In this document: positions 63,851-64,000 of the stretch, piece by piece
Layout of the letters: each line of letters begins with the position of its first letter
Numbering within the stretch: the first letter of the stretch is position 1
From: Psammoneis japonica
Lineage: Eukaryota
Length of the DNA stretch: 64,000 bases
Direction of reading: 5' to 3'
Assembly (NCBI GenBank): GCA_008632985.1
Contig: QPGO01000059.1
Span: forward strand, 1 to 64,000
Translations under genes and position numbers: made by a program
Notes under the pieces: generated by a model
The model's input: only the letters and a program-made list of their open reading frames with translations
Told to the model about the DNA's origin: nothing
Database searches by the model: none

Positions 63851-64000
63851 CTATGATAGAGTAGAGACTATTAGTAGTGCTGACGGCATGGCTGTGTGAG
63901 AATGTTTTTGTGGTTTGTTTCAGTCCCGCAGCTCGGAGTTCGTCAGTGTAAAAAATCAACGGAGAACATCCGAAAACTTCGAGCTCGAGGAACTGCACGT

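Overview
Eukaryotic genomic DNA, most likely from a diatom. This is inferred from a CoDi-type Copia element, a Crypton tyrosine recombinase, a bipartite plastid-targeting-like leader and a QVGxRCxHC domain family. Compact, apparently intronless genes occupy ~0.6-12.4 kb, 16.1-18.3 kb, 39.4-41.9 kb and 62.0-63.9 kb. Between them lie large blocks of decayed transposons (Gypsy, Copia, RNase H-LINE, Crypton, a 4-bp-TSD MITE) and decayed gene duplicates. The main signal is that these repeat blocks are almost stripped of the dinucleotide TpA. Comparisons between copies inside the window show directional TA->TG / TA->CA conversion, alongside ordinary CpG decay. Tyr codons become Cys/His, including both RT YxDD motifs and the likely catalytic Tyr of the Crypton, and TAA/TAG stops vanish. 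This resembles a 'reverse RIP' targeted mutation process with sharp domain boundaries, partial sparing of TAGA/TAAA contexts, and a gradient among insertions of apparently different age. No gene in the window is an obvious cause. Several host genes carry 1-bp frameshifts that may be assembly errors. N gaps: 14438-15259 and 59595-60331.
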